Sequence record: OR083247.1
Direction: 5' to 3' (one strand)
Origin: Escherichia phage Bf23
DNA: 64,000 bases
Part shown: piece by piece, positions 1 through 9,540 of the stretch
How the letters are laid out: each line of letters starts with the position of its first letter
Position numbering within the stretch: the first letter of the stretch is position 1
Notes under the pieces: model-generated
What the model saw: only the letters and a program-made list of their open reading frames with translations
Told to the model about the DNA's origin: nothing
The model's database searches: none
Program-made: the position numbers and the translations under genes

Positions 1-1239
1 TTTGGTCTAGGAACTTCTTGGGAAGCACGTCTAGTACAGAAAGCAATACTGAAAGTACGTATGGATGGCCTAGGCATCAATAAACGTACAGCTATCTTTC
101 CGAAACTGGTGTTTGTTCTGCGTGATGGCGTAAATATGAAGCCAGGAGATGTTAATTATGACATCAAGAAGTTAGCTATGAAATGTACTGCTGAACGTAT
201 GTATCCCGACTATATCAGCTACGATAAGGTTGTGGAAGTTACTGGTGACTATAAAGTTTCTATGGGCTGCCGTTCATTCCTGGCTGCTACAGAGGATGGT
301 GAAACTGCCGGTCGTAATAACTTAGGTGTTGTTTCTGTAAACTTGCCTAGAATTGCTATCGAAGCTGAAGGGAATATTGATCTATTCTTTGATTTGCTTG
401 AGCTACGTGTGGATACAGCGTTAAAAGCATTGGAGTGGAGAGTTGATCGCTTAAAATACATTCAAGCTAAAGCTGCGCCTATCCTCTATATGTCAGGAGC
501 CTTTGGATTACGCTTAGGGCCTGATGAATATGTATTCGATCATTTCTATAACCGTGCTTCTGTATCTCTGGGGTATATTGGTTGCCATGAAATGCTACAG
601 TTCATGTTTGGCAAAGATGTAGATACAATGTCTGAGACCTGCATCAAGTTTGTTCAGCGTGTGCTGCAGTACATGCGGGATAGGGTCGATCAGAAGAAGG
701 AAGAGACTAAGTTAGGTTATAGCCTGTATGCTACACCATCAGAGTCCCTATGTGATCGCTTTTGTCGTCTAGACCGTGAATATTTCCCGGAGCATGAAGA
801 TATTCTGTCCAAAGGATACTACACTAACTCTCACCACCTTGATGTGGAACGTAAAGTTGCTCCTAACGTGAAATTTGATTATGAATCTAACTTTACTCCG
901 ATTGCTTCTGGTGGATGTATCTCTTATGTAGAACTACCAGATATGAAACGATTCCCGGATGCACTGGAATGGGTTATTAATTATGCTGCTAGTAAGGTTC
1001 ATTACTTCGGTATTAATACTCCAGTGGATTCCTGTGGTAAATGTGGATTCTTAGGTGAAACAGTAGCATCCGAAGATGGATTCAAGTGCCCTATCTGTGG
1101 TAATCATGACCCTGAAACTCTTGAAGTAACTCGTCGAGTTTGTGGGTATCTTGGAAATCCAGGTGCTCGTCCGTTTAACCCAGGAAAACAACATGAGGTT
1201 ATGGGCAGGGTGAAACATCAGGATATTCGAGCTAAATAA
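1..1239 (+). CDS. nrdD: Anaerobic (class III) ribonucleoside-triphosphate reductase, C-terminal part; 5' end lies upstream of the window
   Basis: Reading frame is open from base 1 (first ATG at 61 is internal). C-terminal Cys cluster CGKCG..CPICG and glycyl-radical motif RVCGYLG near the C-terminus are typical of NrdD. Confidence 0.85.
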   Translation, partial: FGLGTSWEARLVQKAILKVRMDGLGINKRTAIFPKLVFVLRDGVNMKPGDVNYDIKKLAMKCTAERMYPDYISYDKVVEVTGDYKVSMGCRSFLAATEDGETAGRNNLGVVSVNLPRIAIEAEGNIDLFFDLLELRVDTALKALEWRVDRLKYIQAKAAPILYMSGAFGLRLGPDEYVFDHFYNRASVSLGYIGCHEMLQFMFGKDVDTMSETCIKFVQRVLQYMRDRVDQKKEETKLGYSLYATPSESLCDRFCRLDREYFPEHEDILSKGYYTNSHHLDVERKVAPNVKFDYESNFTPIASGGCISYVELPDMKRFPDALEWVINYAASKVHYFGINTPVDSCGKCGFLGETVASEDGFKCPICGNHDPETLEVTRRVCGYLGNPGARPFNPGKQHEVMGRVKHQDIRAK

Positions 1240-1247
1240 GCTAAACA

Positions 1248-1280
1248 GCCAGGTTGCTAGTCGACCTGGCTTTTATTTTA
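1248..1280 (+). terminator. Rho-independent terminator after nrdD
   Basis: Stem GCCAGGT / ACCTGGC with 9-nt loop followed by TTTTATTTT. Confidence 0.6.
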
Positions 1281-1325
1281 TTTGCTTTCAGCTAAAAATA
1301 TATGTATAATAGATTTATAAATTTG
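1280..1325 (+). promoter_or_regulatory. Strong sigma70 early promoter (T5 early-promoter family)
   Basis: TTGCTT (1282-1287), 17-bp AT-rich spacer, TATAAT (1305-1310), then conserved leader ATAAATTTGAGAGGAG carrying the RBS. Confidence 0.7.
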
Positions 1326-1338
1326 AGAGGAGAAAGAT

Positions 1339-1620
1339 ATGAGCGAATTGCTTCCGAAAGTAGATATTTCTCATCTTGGAGAGCCTAGTGAAGAACGTAA
1401 GGCTCTTGATTGGCTAGGTTACTTTGATTATCGTCGTGTTGTTGCAACATGGAATGATAAGAAAGTTAAGAAGTTTCGGGTACATTATGTAGGTAAAGAC
1501 AAGTGGCTCTGGATTGATTATGAAGAATCGAAGGGGTCTACTAAGGCTGTGAAAATTTATTGTATGTATGGGTATTATTATGCTCACTGTGATAAGAATG
1601 AATTTACAGTACAGAACTAA
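1339..1620 (+). CDS. Hypothetical protein (93 aa)
   Basis: ORF directly downstream of the promoter and RBS; no recognisable motif (no CxxxCxxC, so not NrdG). Confidence 0.5.
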   Translation: MSELLPKVDISHLGEPSEERKALDWLGYFDYRRVVATWNDKKVKKFRVHYVGKDKWLWIDYEESKGSTKAVKIYCMYGYYYAHCDKNEFTVQN

Positions 1621-1629
1621 GGAACAAGA

Positions 1630-1833
1630 ATGAAAAACGTAAAACATCTTAAATATCGCTTAATCTATAATGGACGTATGGAAACTGAAGAGCTAGCTCA
1701 ATTAGCTATTAACTCTAATGAGGTTATGGTGCGTGCGCTAGCAATTGAAAAGTTGCGGGCTTCTTATGAAAGTCGTATTATGGAACTAGAGGAGAAACTT
1801 TATGGCATTCTCGAAGCCGATGCTACCCGATAA
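1630..1833 (+). CDS. Hypothetical protein (67 aa)
   Basis: ORF with RBS AAGGAA upstream, tightly packed in the + strand gene chain. Confidence 0.4.
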   Translation: MKNVKHLKYRLIYNGRMETEELAQLAINSNEVMVRALAIEKLRASYESRIMELEEKLYGILEADATR

Positions 1834-2023
1834 TGGCTTAAATGCTGCGCTGGAAAATGCATTGATGCAGCAGTGGGAGGCTGGATATAAGGATGGGGTT
1901 GAATCTTGTGCGAAAATAATGGATATAATGGCTAATTCTGTAGTTGGGAAAGCCCATCCAGAAGTATCTGATATACTCCATAACCTTAGTAAAAACTTCA
2001 GAGAGCAGGTGAAAAATGCGTAG
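1802..2023 (+). CDS. Hypothetical protein (73 aa)
   Basis: ORF overlapping both neighbours in the + strand chain. Confidence 0.4.
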   Translation: MAFSKPMLPDNGLNAALENALMQQWEAGYKDGVESCAKIMDIMANSVVGKAHPEVSDILHNLSKNFREQVKNA

Positions 2024-2852
2024 ATTAATTATTATTAGTGGTGCAGGTTTGAGTGTTGAAAGTGGTGTACGAGCCTTCCGTACTGATACTGCTAGTGGTA
2101 AAGCATTGTGGGATGATTATGACTTAGAAGAGGTATGTAATATTCATGCCTTTCGTGGTAATTTTTATCATAAAACCCACACGTTTTACAACAAACGTCG
2201 TGAAGAGTTAGAAACTGTTGAACCCAATCTTGCACACCTGCGTATTGGTGAATGGTATAAGAAATATCCGGGTCAAGTAGTAAACTTAACTACCAACGTT
2301 GATGACCTTATTGAGCGTGCTGGCGTTCCACATAGTGACATTCTGCACATTCATGGGTATTTAAAAGAGATTGTTGTAGCTGATAGCTACAATAGTAGCA
2401 ATAAACGAGTTATTGATGTTGGGTATAACTCTATTGACCCAGATGATTATAAATGGGTTAAACCTAATGTAGTCTTCTTCGGAGAACATGCTCCAGCATA
2501 TGCAGAAATGTACAATGTTTTTGATGGTATTACCAGTCAAGATATGATCATTGTGGTTGGTTGCTCTAACCAAGTAATTAACTTCTACTGGGAATTATTC
2601 CCTGTTCTTAATCTGACTGCTGCAAAACTTATGGTAGTTAACTACTACGATAGTGCCTTAGCGGCGGAACCAGGCTATCAAGGTATGACTCGTAGTGATA
2701 TGTACCAACTGGAAGATCGTGGTATTCCTTACTGGAGTAAAGGTGCGGTAGATGCTTTCAGTGACCCTGGTTTTATTGCTCGTGTGGAAGCTCATCTAGA
2801 GGGTAGGCCTTATGTGCCGGAGAGAAGGGGAAACAGATATGTCCATAGTTAA
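2016..2852 (+). CDS. Sir2-family (sirtuin-like) NAD-binding protein without the zinc-ribbon cysteines
   Basis: Sirtuin signature motifs read from the translation: GAGLSVESGVRAFR, TTNVDDLIERAG, HIHG, VVFFGE, VVGCS. No CxxC..CxxC Zn module between HG and VFFGE. Confidence 0.7.
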   Translation: MRRLIIISGAGLSVESGVRAFRTDTASGKALWDDYDLEEVCNIHAFRGNFYHKTHTFYNKRREELETVEPNLAHLRIGEWYKKYPGQVVNLTTNVDDLIERAGVPHSDILHIHGYLKEIVVADSYNSSNKRVIDVGYNSIDPDDYKWVKPNVVFFGEHAPAYAEMYNVFDGITSQDMIIVVGCSNQVINFYWELFPVLNLTAAKLMVVNYYDSALAAEPGYQGMTRSDMYQLEDRGIPYWSKGAVDAFSDPGFIARVEAHLEGRPYVPERRGNRYVHS

Positions 2853-3021
2853 ATCTGTATATACACATCCCGATGATATATTTGTATGGGCGGATGGTAG
2901 TTGGTGCTATCGATGTGAGCTATGGGAAATGGACTATAAATCCGATGACTATGGTGTCATATATGTTGATACAGTTGAGTATGATACGTTCTTAGAAAGG
3001 GACAAAAATGAAAATAAGTAA
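2839..3021 (+). CDS. Hypothetical protein (about 60 aa; start chosen at ATG 2839 after RBS GGGGAAACAG)
   Basis: ORF 2812-3021 in the track; the internal ATG with a better RBS is preferred. Confidence 0.4.
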   Translation: MSIVKSVYTHPDDIFVWADGSWCYRCELWEMDYKSDDYGVIYVDTVEYDTFLERDKNENK

Positions 3022-3514
3022 TACTCCAATTATTTTTCTAGATATTGATGGGGTGCTCAACTCGAGCATCTCCCATCACCATGCACCTGATGATGAAAAG
3101 ATTTTCTTTGGAAGTGACTGGGTCTTTAAACCGCTTCTCAAGGCTTTTCAGGACTTTATTCGTCCTTCTCCAATAATGATTGTTGGGGTATCTTCATGGT
3201 TCTCTGTTAGGAATGAGGTGGAGAACGTTCAGATTATGACCGGATTAGATCTTATCGATCGTTTTCTTGGTACAACGGATTTTACTGGTGGTGGATTATC
3301 TAGAGGTAATTCTGTTCTTCGCTTCGTTGAAAAGCATAAGCTCAAACATTGGTGTGTGCTGGATGACGCTGGTGCTATGATGTACCAGTATCCAACGGTT
3401 ATAGTCAACGGTAGAACTGGAATAAATCTTCAAGATTTAAGAGCTGTTAGCTATATGCTAGAATTTAGCCCAGATCTTGAAATGTGTAAATCCTTACAAC
3501 AATTTAAGGTGTAA
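3008..3514 (+). CDS. HAD-superfamily-like putative phosphatase/hydrolase
   Basis: N-terminal IIFLDIDGVLNS resembles HAD motif I (hhhhDxDGxh). Weak call. Confidence 0.45.
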   Translation: MKISNTPIIFLDIDGVLNSSISHHHAPDDEKIFFGSDWVFKPLLKAFQDFIRPSPIMIVGVSSWFSVRNEVENVQIMTGLDLIDRFLGTTDFTGGGLSRGNSVLRFVEKHKLKHWCVLDDAGAMMYQYPTVIVNGRTGINLQDLRAVSYMLEFSPDLEMCKSLQQFKV

Positions 3515-3516
3515 AT

Positions 3517-3945
3517 ATGTTCAATAATGTATTCTCTAAAGAAGCTAACCCAATTTTGGTTAATTTTTGGCGTACTCTTCCAGCCAACCTGTACAATGAG
3601 GCTATTAATGCTCTGAAAATATGGTGTGAGAATAATGAAATCTCCTTTGCTTTTAAGGGTGAGATTGAAGAAGCTCCCTGTATTGGTTTAATTGTGCAGG
3701 TAGAGGATGGTTTGGAAGAGATTGTCGGCTGGAAAGAGTTGGATGAAATGGGGTTGGTTTTTGCATTAAACTATAAGCTATTTATGCCCAATAAACACCG
3801 TATTGTTGTTAACTATAAAACCAGTGAATCTCCGGGCTTTCAAGTTAATGAACATTACGGTTGGTCTTACTCACCGGAAGAAGTAAATGATGGTATCCAA
3901 AAACTTCGTCGTTTTGGTTATCAAATTCCGGGTTTAACCGCCTAA
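3517..3945 (+). CDS. Hypothetical protein, tandem paralogue A (142 aa)
   Basis: Shares CIG..(E)L(D)..MGL(V/I)(F/V)ALN(Y/F)(K/S)LF(M/H)P and a C-terminal ..(I/Y)(Q/V)(I)PGL block with the next ORF. Confidence 0.55.
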   Translation: MFNNVFSKEANPILVNFWRTLPANLYNEAINALKIWCENNEISFAFKGEIEEAPCIGLIVQVEDGLEEIVGWKELDEMGLVFALNYKLFMPNKHRIVVNYKTSESPGFQVNEHYGWSYSPEEVNDGIQKLRRFGYQIPGLTA

Positions 3946-3954
3946 GGGGGCACA

Positions 3955-4347
3955 ATGGAACAAGTATATTGGCGTCAGATTGATCCTAGTTTGGTGAAGC
4001 GTGCGGAGAAGCTGCTACAACGTTGGTTGGGGGTAAGACAAGCCTCCTTCACTTTTCCGGAGCAGCAAATAGACGATCCCTGTATTGGTGTTTTCCTATC
4101 AGGCTACGCTAGGGAATGGGAATTGGATTGGAATGAGTTGTCTGCTATGGGTTTAATTGTTGCACTAAATTTCTCTTTGTTCCATCCACGTGGTTTGGCC
4201 CTATGTCGTGTGCCTGATGACGGTTGTTCGCCCCATCTTTTACAGGTGGAAGATGATATTTGGGAGTACACTCCAGATATTCTCAAAGAAGCTAAAGAAC
4301 AGTTAAACCATGTTGGGATCTATGTTCCAGGCTTGAATGATGAATGA
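3955..4347 (+). CDS. Hypothetical protein, tandem paralogue B (130 aa)
   Basis: Paralogue of 3517-3945 by eye; RBS AAGGGGG upstream. Confidence 0.55.
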   Translation: MEQVYWRQIDPSLVKRAEKLLQRWLGVRQASFTFPEQQIDDPCIGVFLSGYAREWELDWNELSAMGLIVALNFSLFHPRGLALCRVPDDGCSPHLLQVEDDIWEYTPDILKEAKEQLNHVGIYVPGLNDE

Positions 4348-4370
4348 TTTTTATTAGCTGAACTCTGATT

Positions 4371-4396
4371 ACCGAGTCATTTTGGCTCGGTTTTCT
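4371..4396 (+). terminator. Rho-independent terminator
   Basis: Stem ACCGAGTC / GGCTCGGT (one G-U pair), loop ATTTT, followed by TTTTCTCTGT. Confidence 0.55.
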
Positions 4397-4438
4397 CTGT
4401 GCTTAAAGACACTGATAGCACCTTTGGGAAAAATTTAC

Positions 4439-4480
4439 TTGCATGATGCCCAAAATCTTGATATAATATTTATATTGAAT
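4439..4480 (+). promoter_or_regulatory. sigma70 early promoter with extended -10, followed by an atypically long (about 490 nt) untranslated leader
   Basis: TTGCAT (4439-4444), 17-bp spacer, TGaTATAAT (-10 at 4462-4467), family leader TATTGAATTGAGAGA. Confidence 0.6.
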
Positions 4481-4964
4481 TGAGAGACATTAGTAAAAAT
4501 TGATTTTGCTAATTTTTCTTGTTTACAATCCGCGATACGGAACAGTTAGGCTGCCCCATTAAGGGTTGTTTTAACTATTACTAGTGTTTATATTGCATTA
4601 GTTAATCTTCAATTAAGTGATCTGTGTACCCTGAATTCGGAAAGGTAAATCCAAACCGTGCATATTTAGCTCGTTATATAGGCAGAGTTTTATATGGGGG
4701 TGCGAACGAAAAGAGCAGCGAATGGCGGCACGTACAGTAGTCACCTACCAATAGGATAGTGAGGACAAATAGAATCGGCTTAGCGGCCAATGACCTAGGT
4801 TCTATTCTGTATATGAGCGAAGAGAGCACAGCACTGAGATATGATAACTTATTCATATTGTTTGATGATAATTGATGTTTACGTAAATAGTAGTAATAGT
4901 TGTTCTATTCTTTCTGAATAGTCCTAAAGAAAAGATTTCGATTAACCAACATAGGAGTATTGTT

Positions 4965-7754
4965 GTGTTTTCTATCCTCCAAGGTCACGCCGGGTTTTCT
5001 CGTGATTTAGCAACAGGTATTTGGCGAGAAATCAAAGCGGAAGATTATACCTTTGCCAAGCGATTCTCGAAAGAGCATCCAGAAGGTAAACCAGCTTCTA
5101 TGCCCTTCAAATTTGATGTAATAGAAGAGCACGACCCACAAAGCCTTGCCGAAATGTTACCCCTTATGAGACGTTTAACGTCTGATCCTCATATCGTTGC
5201 GGTACGAGGTCGATGTCTTGCACCTAAAAATAATGTGCGGCGTAAGAAAGGTAACTTTAATGTATCTAATCCTAGTAATATTATTGCTATGGACGTGGAT
5301 GGTATCCTAGATACCGGTGGGTACGACAAATTTAATCTTGTTGGTATGGCTCGCCACATTATTAAGATGTTGAATAGTATTAGTGAGGATATGTTCCCTC
5401 TTGATGCAGGCTTTATAGCTCATGCATCGTCTTCGGCTGGGCTAAAACCAGGTATCCGAATGCACTTAATGCTAGAATCTAATGTCAAGGTAACTCAGGG
5501 TCAGCTAAAGTTCTTATTTACATCTATCAACGATAGTAGTAAGCAAAAATTTGGTTTTGATATTGCCGACCTAGCTTATTATTCATCTGTCCAGCTCCAC
5601 TATTTTGCCGACCCCTTATTTAGCGATGGTATTGTTGATCCGTTTAAAGCGGAGAGTAAGCCACGTCTGGTGTATGTTAAAGGTTCGAAAGTAAATTTGC
5701 CCAATAATCTGGTTGACTATGAAACAACTAGAGGGGAGTTTAAGGAAGAGTTTTATTCCTTACTTGATCAAATTAAAGGCAAAAAGATTGCTTCTGATAA
5801 AGTAGAAGAAACCATCAGCGAGTTAGAAGAGGCTGATGATGGGGTGTATTTGCGTATTATCCCCAAACTATACCATAGAGCATTAGAGGATGGGGTTGAT
5901 TTTGCATGGCTAGAACGTGAGATTAAACCAGCTTTATCTGAATATATTGCAACTAAAGATAACAGTCGTAATATTCAAGATTACTTTAATAACGGTCGTA
6001 AGCAGGCTCTCAAAGCGTTTGTTAATAATTCTAAACGTGAGATTCCATTAAATCTGAAAGGTGTTCCACTTAAGAAATTAGAAGTGGATTCTCCACCAGA
6101 AGTTCCATACCTGAAGATTAACATTGTGCCCCCCAAAGGCCATATAACATTTGTTAAGGCAAGTCTTGGTACTGGTAAAACTACGGCAGTAACTAAATGG
6201 CTGGACGCAGGTGTTCTTCCGGGCAACTTTTTAGCAGTTACAAATACTAGAGCACTGGTATCTTCAAATGCCAAGAAATTTAGTGCAGGACAATACGATA
6301 AGTCTGTAGATATGCTCAACTTTAAACGTGGAGCTATTGATCGTATGTCCACAACTATTCACTCTTTGCATAAGTTCAAAAGTTTTATTGGGCAAATAGA
6401 CACCATTTTTATTGATGAATGTGACGCTGTAATGAATGACCTATTATTCGCCCCTGTTGTTAAACAACGTCGCGAGTGTATTCAAGTTCTACGTGACATC
6501 CTCATGACAGCTAAGACTGTAATCTTATCCGATGGTGATATTAGCGCTGAGACGATTGAAGCATATGGTTCTCTAATTGATTTTGATAAACCAGTAGCAT
6601 TTTATAATCATCACCGTAAAATGCTGTCAAAAGCACACGCTTATGAGTTCCCTGATGAATCCAGTATTTGGGTTGCACTTCAGACTTCTCTAGAGATGGG
6701 TGAGAAATCTATTCTAGTATCTGATTGTGGTCCTGATGAGCTGAATGAGAAGGGTATGGCACTACGTCGTAATACTGGTGCGTTAGTTAAGGAAATCCAT
6801 TCAAACTCTACGTCAGATGTGGATATTCGACGTATTCTGGATTATACAACTAATGAGCTAATTGATCAACAAATTGATTGCTTATTATGTAGCCCATCCG
6901 TAACGAGTGGTGTTGACTTTAACTACTTTGATAACGTATTTGTTATTACTAGAACCAGTAATCAAGCGCCAAACATGCGTTTCCAAGCAATCAGGCGCGA
7001 CCGTGGTGCTCAGAATATCTATTATTTTATTGATAAATCCACTAGTGGGTTCTCCGCAGGTTCTGAACAATATAATATTGATGAAGGTTGGCTGGAGTTA
7101 GCACAGCAATTATACGCACGTCGCAGGGAACTGGAATCCAGGAACTATACTAGTACTTTACGTTATTACTTGCTTGATCAAGGTGCAACTATTGATATTT
7201 TCAGCGAAAGCTGGGGAACTATTGAAGGTGCTGGTAAAGAGTACACAGAAGAGCGAATCAAAGCTATTCTGCATTCAACTCCAGATTATTGTGCTCCACG
7301 TCATGCGGATGCGTATGAAGCTAAACTACTTCTTGTTCGCTATTATCATCTTGAGTCTATTAAAGATGTAACAGTTGAGCATGTTGAACAATATATCAAA
7401 GATAAACCGAATGATCGAGCTGCATTCTTCCATAAGATGCACGAGATGTTTTGGGAAGATATTAAGAAGTGTTCAAACGTCACTATCAAACCATTCATAG
7501 AAGCTCTGAAAGGTAAGAAGAAAGATTTCTTCCTTAAAACAGGTCAGAGTGCTAATGCAAAATATGCTAGAATGTATCTTGGTATGATGGGCATTGGTAA
7601 AGATATGAACACGGAGAATATTGTAGACTGGTATAGAACCTATTGTAAAATCGAGTGTATGCCAATTCCTTATAAGTTCATGACTGACGAGGAAAAACAT
7701 ATGCATGATGAAGCAATGTCAGAGCTAGGTGCTAGAAATGACAGTGAAGAATAA
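4965..7754 (+). CDS. Large P-loop ATPase, putative replication-initiation/origin-binding helicase-like protein (929 aa)
   Basis: GTG start with RBS AGGAG; Walker A SLGTGKTT, Walker B-like FIDECDAV. Function inferred from motifs and its position at the head of the replication module. Confidence 0.55.
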   Translation: MFSILQGHAGFSRDLATGIWREIKAEDYTFAKRFSKEHPEGKPASMPFKFDVIEEHDPQSLAEMLPLMRRLTSDPHIVAVRGRCLAPKNNVRRKKGNFNVSNPSNIIAMDVDGILDTGGYDKFNLVGMARHIIKMLNSISEDMFPLDAGFIAHASSSAGLKPGIRMHLMLESNVKVTQGQLKFLFTSINDSSKQKFGFDIADLAYYSSVQLHYFADPLFSDGIVDPFKAESKPRLVYVKGSKVNLPNNLVDYETTRGEFKEEFYSLLDQIKGKKIASDKVEETISELEEADDGVYLRIIPKLYHRALEDGVDFAWLEREIKPALSEYIATKDNSRNIQDYFNNGRKQALKAFVNNSKREIPLNLKGVPLKKLEVDSPPEVPYLKINIVPPKGHITFVKASLGTGKTTAVTKWLDAGVLPGNFLAVTNTRALVSSNAKKFSAGQYDKSVDMLNFKRGAIDRMSTTIHSLHKFKSFIGQIDTIFIDECDAVMNDLLFAPVVKQRRECIQVLRDILMTAKTVILSDGDISAETIEAYGSLIDFDKPVAFYNHHRKMLSKAHAYEFPDESSIWVALQTSLEMGEKSILVSDCGPDELNEKGMALRRNTGALVKEIHSNSTSDVDIRRILDYTTNELIDQQIDCLLCSPSVTSGVDFNYFDNVFVITRTSNQAPNMRFQAIRRDRGAQNIYYFIDKSTSGFSAGSEQYNIDEGWLELAQQLYARRRELESRNYTSTLRYYLLDQGATIDIFSESWGTIEGAGKEYTEERIKAILHSTPDYCAPRHADAYEAKLLLVRYYHLESIKDVTVEHVEQYIKDKPNDRAAFFHKMHEMFWEDIKKCSNVTIKPFIEALKGKKKDFFLKTGQSANAKYARMYLGMMGIGKDMNTENIVDWYRTYCKIECMPIPYKFMTDEEKHMHDEAMSELGARNDSEE

Positions 7755-7971
7755 AAAATGGGAAACAAGGAAGTTTCCAGTAAAGGAACGTAAAGTTCCT
7801 GTTTATGATACTTCGGAAAAGCTATGTAGGGTGGTACCACATAGATTAGCTGGTATCCCTAACATATCCGAGTGGTTACTTAAACAACGGAGGACTAACG
7901 TATCTCTTCGCATAGGGTTTGAGTTAGATAAAGTATATGCTGAACTTTCTTCTTTGCTCAAAGAATCATAA
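7729..7971 (+). CDS. Hypothetical protein (80 aa)
   Basis: ORF overlapping the 3' end of the upstream gene; no motif. Confidence 0.35.
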   Translation: MLEMTVKNKKWETRKFPVKERKVPVYDTSEKLCRVVPHRLAGIPNISEWLLKQRRTNVSLRIGFELDKVYAELSSLLKES

Positions 7972-7977
7972 AAAATT

Positions 7978-8030
7978 TATTTGCTTTCAGGAAAATTTTT
8001 CTGTATAATAGATTTATAAATTTGAGAGAG
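7978..8030 (+). promoter_or_regulatory. Strong sigma70 early promoter, near-identical to the classical T5 PN25 promoter as I recall it
   Basis: TTGCTT (7981-7986), 17-bp spacer, TATAAT (8004-8009), leader ATAAATTTGAGAGAGGAG; surrounding sequence TCATAAAAAATTTATTTGCTTTCAGGAAAATTTTTCTGTATAATAGATT. Confidence 0.75.
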
Positions 8031-8040
8031 GAGTTTAAAT

Positions 8041-8745
8041 ATGGCTGGTTCTCGCAGAAAGAAACATATCCATGAAATCCCGGATGAAGTCTTTAAAAAA
8101 GTTATAGAGCATCTGGAGAACGGTGGTACTAAGAAAGCAGCATGTGAAATGCTCGGGGTATCATCCAACCCAACTATGGAAAGGATGATAGAAGAATGGC
8201 AAGATCGCCAAATTCAAGTTGCCGAGATGAAGAAAAAGAAACGTGGTACACTCATTGAAGGTATTGAGTTGGCCAACGTTATTGAACAGTATCTATCTGG
8301 CGATTCTTTTGAAGAGATTGCCGATCGTAATTACCGCTCTGTAGCAATGGTTAAATCTGTTCTGGAACGATATGGTGCTCTACTTCGTTTGAACGATATT
8401 GTAGACCCATTGAATCCTCCAATTATCCCTGACGATGCTGTAGCAGAAGAATTTGAAGTTGGAGAACTAGTTTGGGTTCCTGGATACCAGTGTATCGGTG
8501 AAATCAAAAAAGCAATGGATAATCCTGTTGGTTGTTATCGAGTCTGGTTACTATCGGAAGGCAAACAACAGAACGTTCATTATATGAATTATGAGCTGGC
8601 TTCTGTTAAACATCTGGAAAAGTTAGGGGTTGACGTAAAATCTCTGGGGTACAAGTGGACTCGTGAAGAAGTTATTACGTTGATTAACGAAGCTGTTAAG
8701 GCTGCCCTGAAACTTGATAAAGAAAAAGGAAAACGCCGTGAGTAG
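8041..8745 (+). CDS. Putative DNA-binding protein with N-terminal HTH (234 aa)
   Basis: N-terminus ..GGTKKAACEMLGVSSNPTMERM.. looks like a helix-turn-helix; first gene after the PN25-like promoter. Confidence 0.5.
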   Translation: MAGSRRKKHIHEIPDEVFKKVIEHLENGGTKKAACEMLGVSSNPTMERMIEEWQDRQIQVAEMKKKKRGTLIEGIELANVIEQYLSGDSFEEIADRNYRSVAMVKSVLERYGALLRLNDIVDPLNPPIIPDDAVAEEFEVGELVWVPGYQCIGEIKKAMDNPVGCYRVWLLSEGKQQNVHYMNYELASVKHLEKLGVDVKSLGYKWTREEVITLINEAVKAALKLDKEKGKRRE

Positions 8746-8989
8746 ACTAACCGATTTACTTAAAGATGGGGAAGTAAAAACACTATATCGTAGAAGCTGG
8801 GATAACGATAATAACGGCTTAGTGTTATTAACTTTAGATGCTGACTCAGATGTAGCTACTCAGCATACCTGGGTAGCGGGTAACTATCCCTATAGCGAGA
8901 TTGTTCCATTAACAGTATGCGAAGCTATTGCGGACGATTGGGAGGTTGCCAGCATTGATGATATGCTCGCTGTTGGCCTGGTGGAGTAA
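8714..8989 (+). CDS. Hypothetical protein (91 aa; alternative GTG start near 8741)
   Basis: ORF overlapping the end of the upstream gene. Confidence 0.4.
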   Translation: MIKKKENAVSRLTDLLKDGEVKTLYRRSWDNDNNGLVLLTLDADSDVATQHTWVAGNYPYSEIVPLTVCEAIADDWEVASIDDMLAVGLVE

Positions 8990-9004
8990 CTACTTAAAAA
9001 TTTC

Positions 9005-9050
9005 AGTTGCTTAATCCTACAATTCTTGATATAATATTCTCATAGTTTGA
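9005..9050 (+). promoter_or_regulatory. sigma70 early promoter
   Basis: TTGCTT (9007-9012), 17-bp spacer, TATAAT (9030-9035). Confidence 0.6.
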
Positions 9051-9092
9051 AAGAACTATTCTGTTTAATTCTTAATTAAGGAAATATAAAAT

Positions 9093-9503
9093 ATGACTAC
9101 TCCAACTCAGTGGACTGATGAACTGTTCGAAAAAATGTCTTCCGAATACGTTGCTCGTATGGAGCAATTCCCAGAGGATGAACGTCCGGGTGTTAGCATG
9201 GAAATTGTTAGCGAAATTGCCCAGGAAAATGGTGTAACTCCGAACGGTTTTCGTATGAAGCTGACTAAAGCAGGTTTGTATATCAAGAAAGCTGCTGGCT
9301 CTGCTTCTAAATCTAGCGCATCTACTGGAGAAAAAGCTTCCGGTGGTTCTCGTACCTCCAAAGCTCAAGCCCATGCCGACCTTCGTTCAGCTTTCTCTGA
9401 TGCTGGCTTAGCACCAGATTTTCTGGATGATGCAATTATCGACAAACTGACCGGTAAAGCGGCTGCTCATCTGGCAGAAGCAATCCGAGCTATCACTAAG
9501 TAA
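9093..9503 (+). CDS. Hypothetical protein (136 aa), Ala/Ser-rich middle
   Basis: ORF with RBS AAGGAAAT; host-like codon usage (GCT, CGT, CTG, GGT). Confidence 0.5.
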   Translation: MTTPTQWTDELFEKMSSEYVARMEQFPEDERPGVSMEIVSEIAQENGVTPNGFRMKLTKAGLYIKKAAGSASKSSASTGEKASGGSRTSKAQAHADLRSAFSDAGLAPDFLDDAIIDKLTGKAAAHLAEAIRAITK

Positions 9504-9540
9504 TATTTAGATAAATCCACCAACAAAAGGAACTATAGCT

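Noticed and set aside
1339-1620. NrdG (anaerobic RNR activase) expected next to nrdD
   Set aside because: The 93-aa ORF lacks the CxxxCxxC radical-SAM cysteine motif and is too short; nrdG, if present, is probably outside the window.
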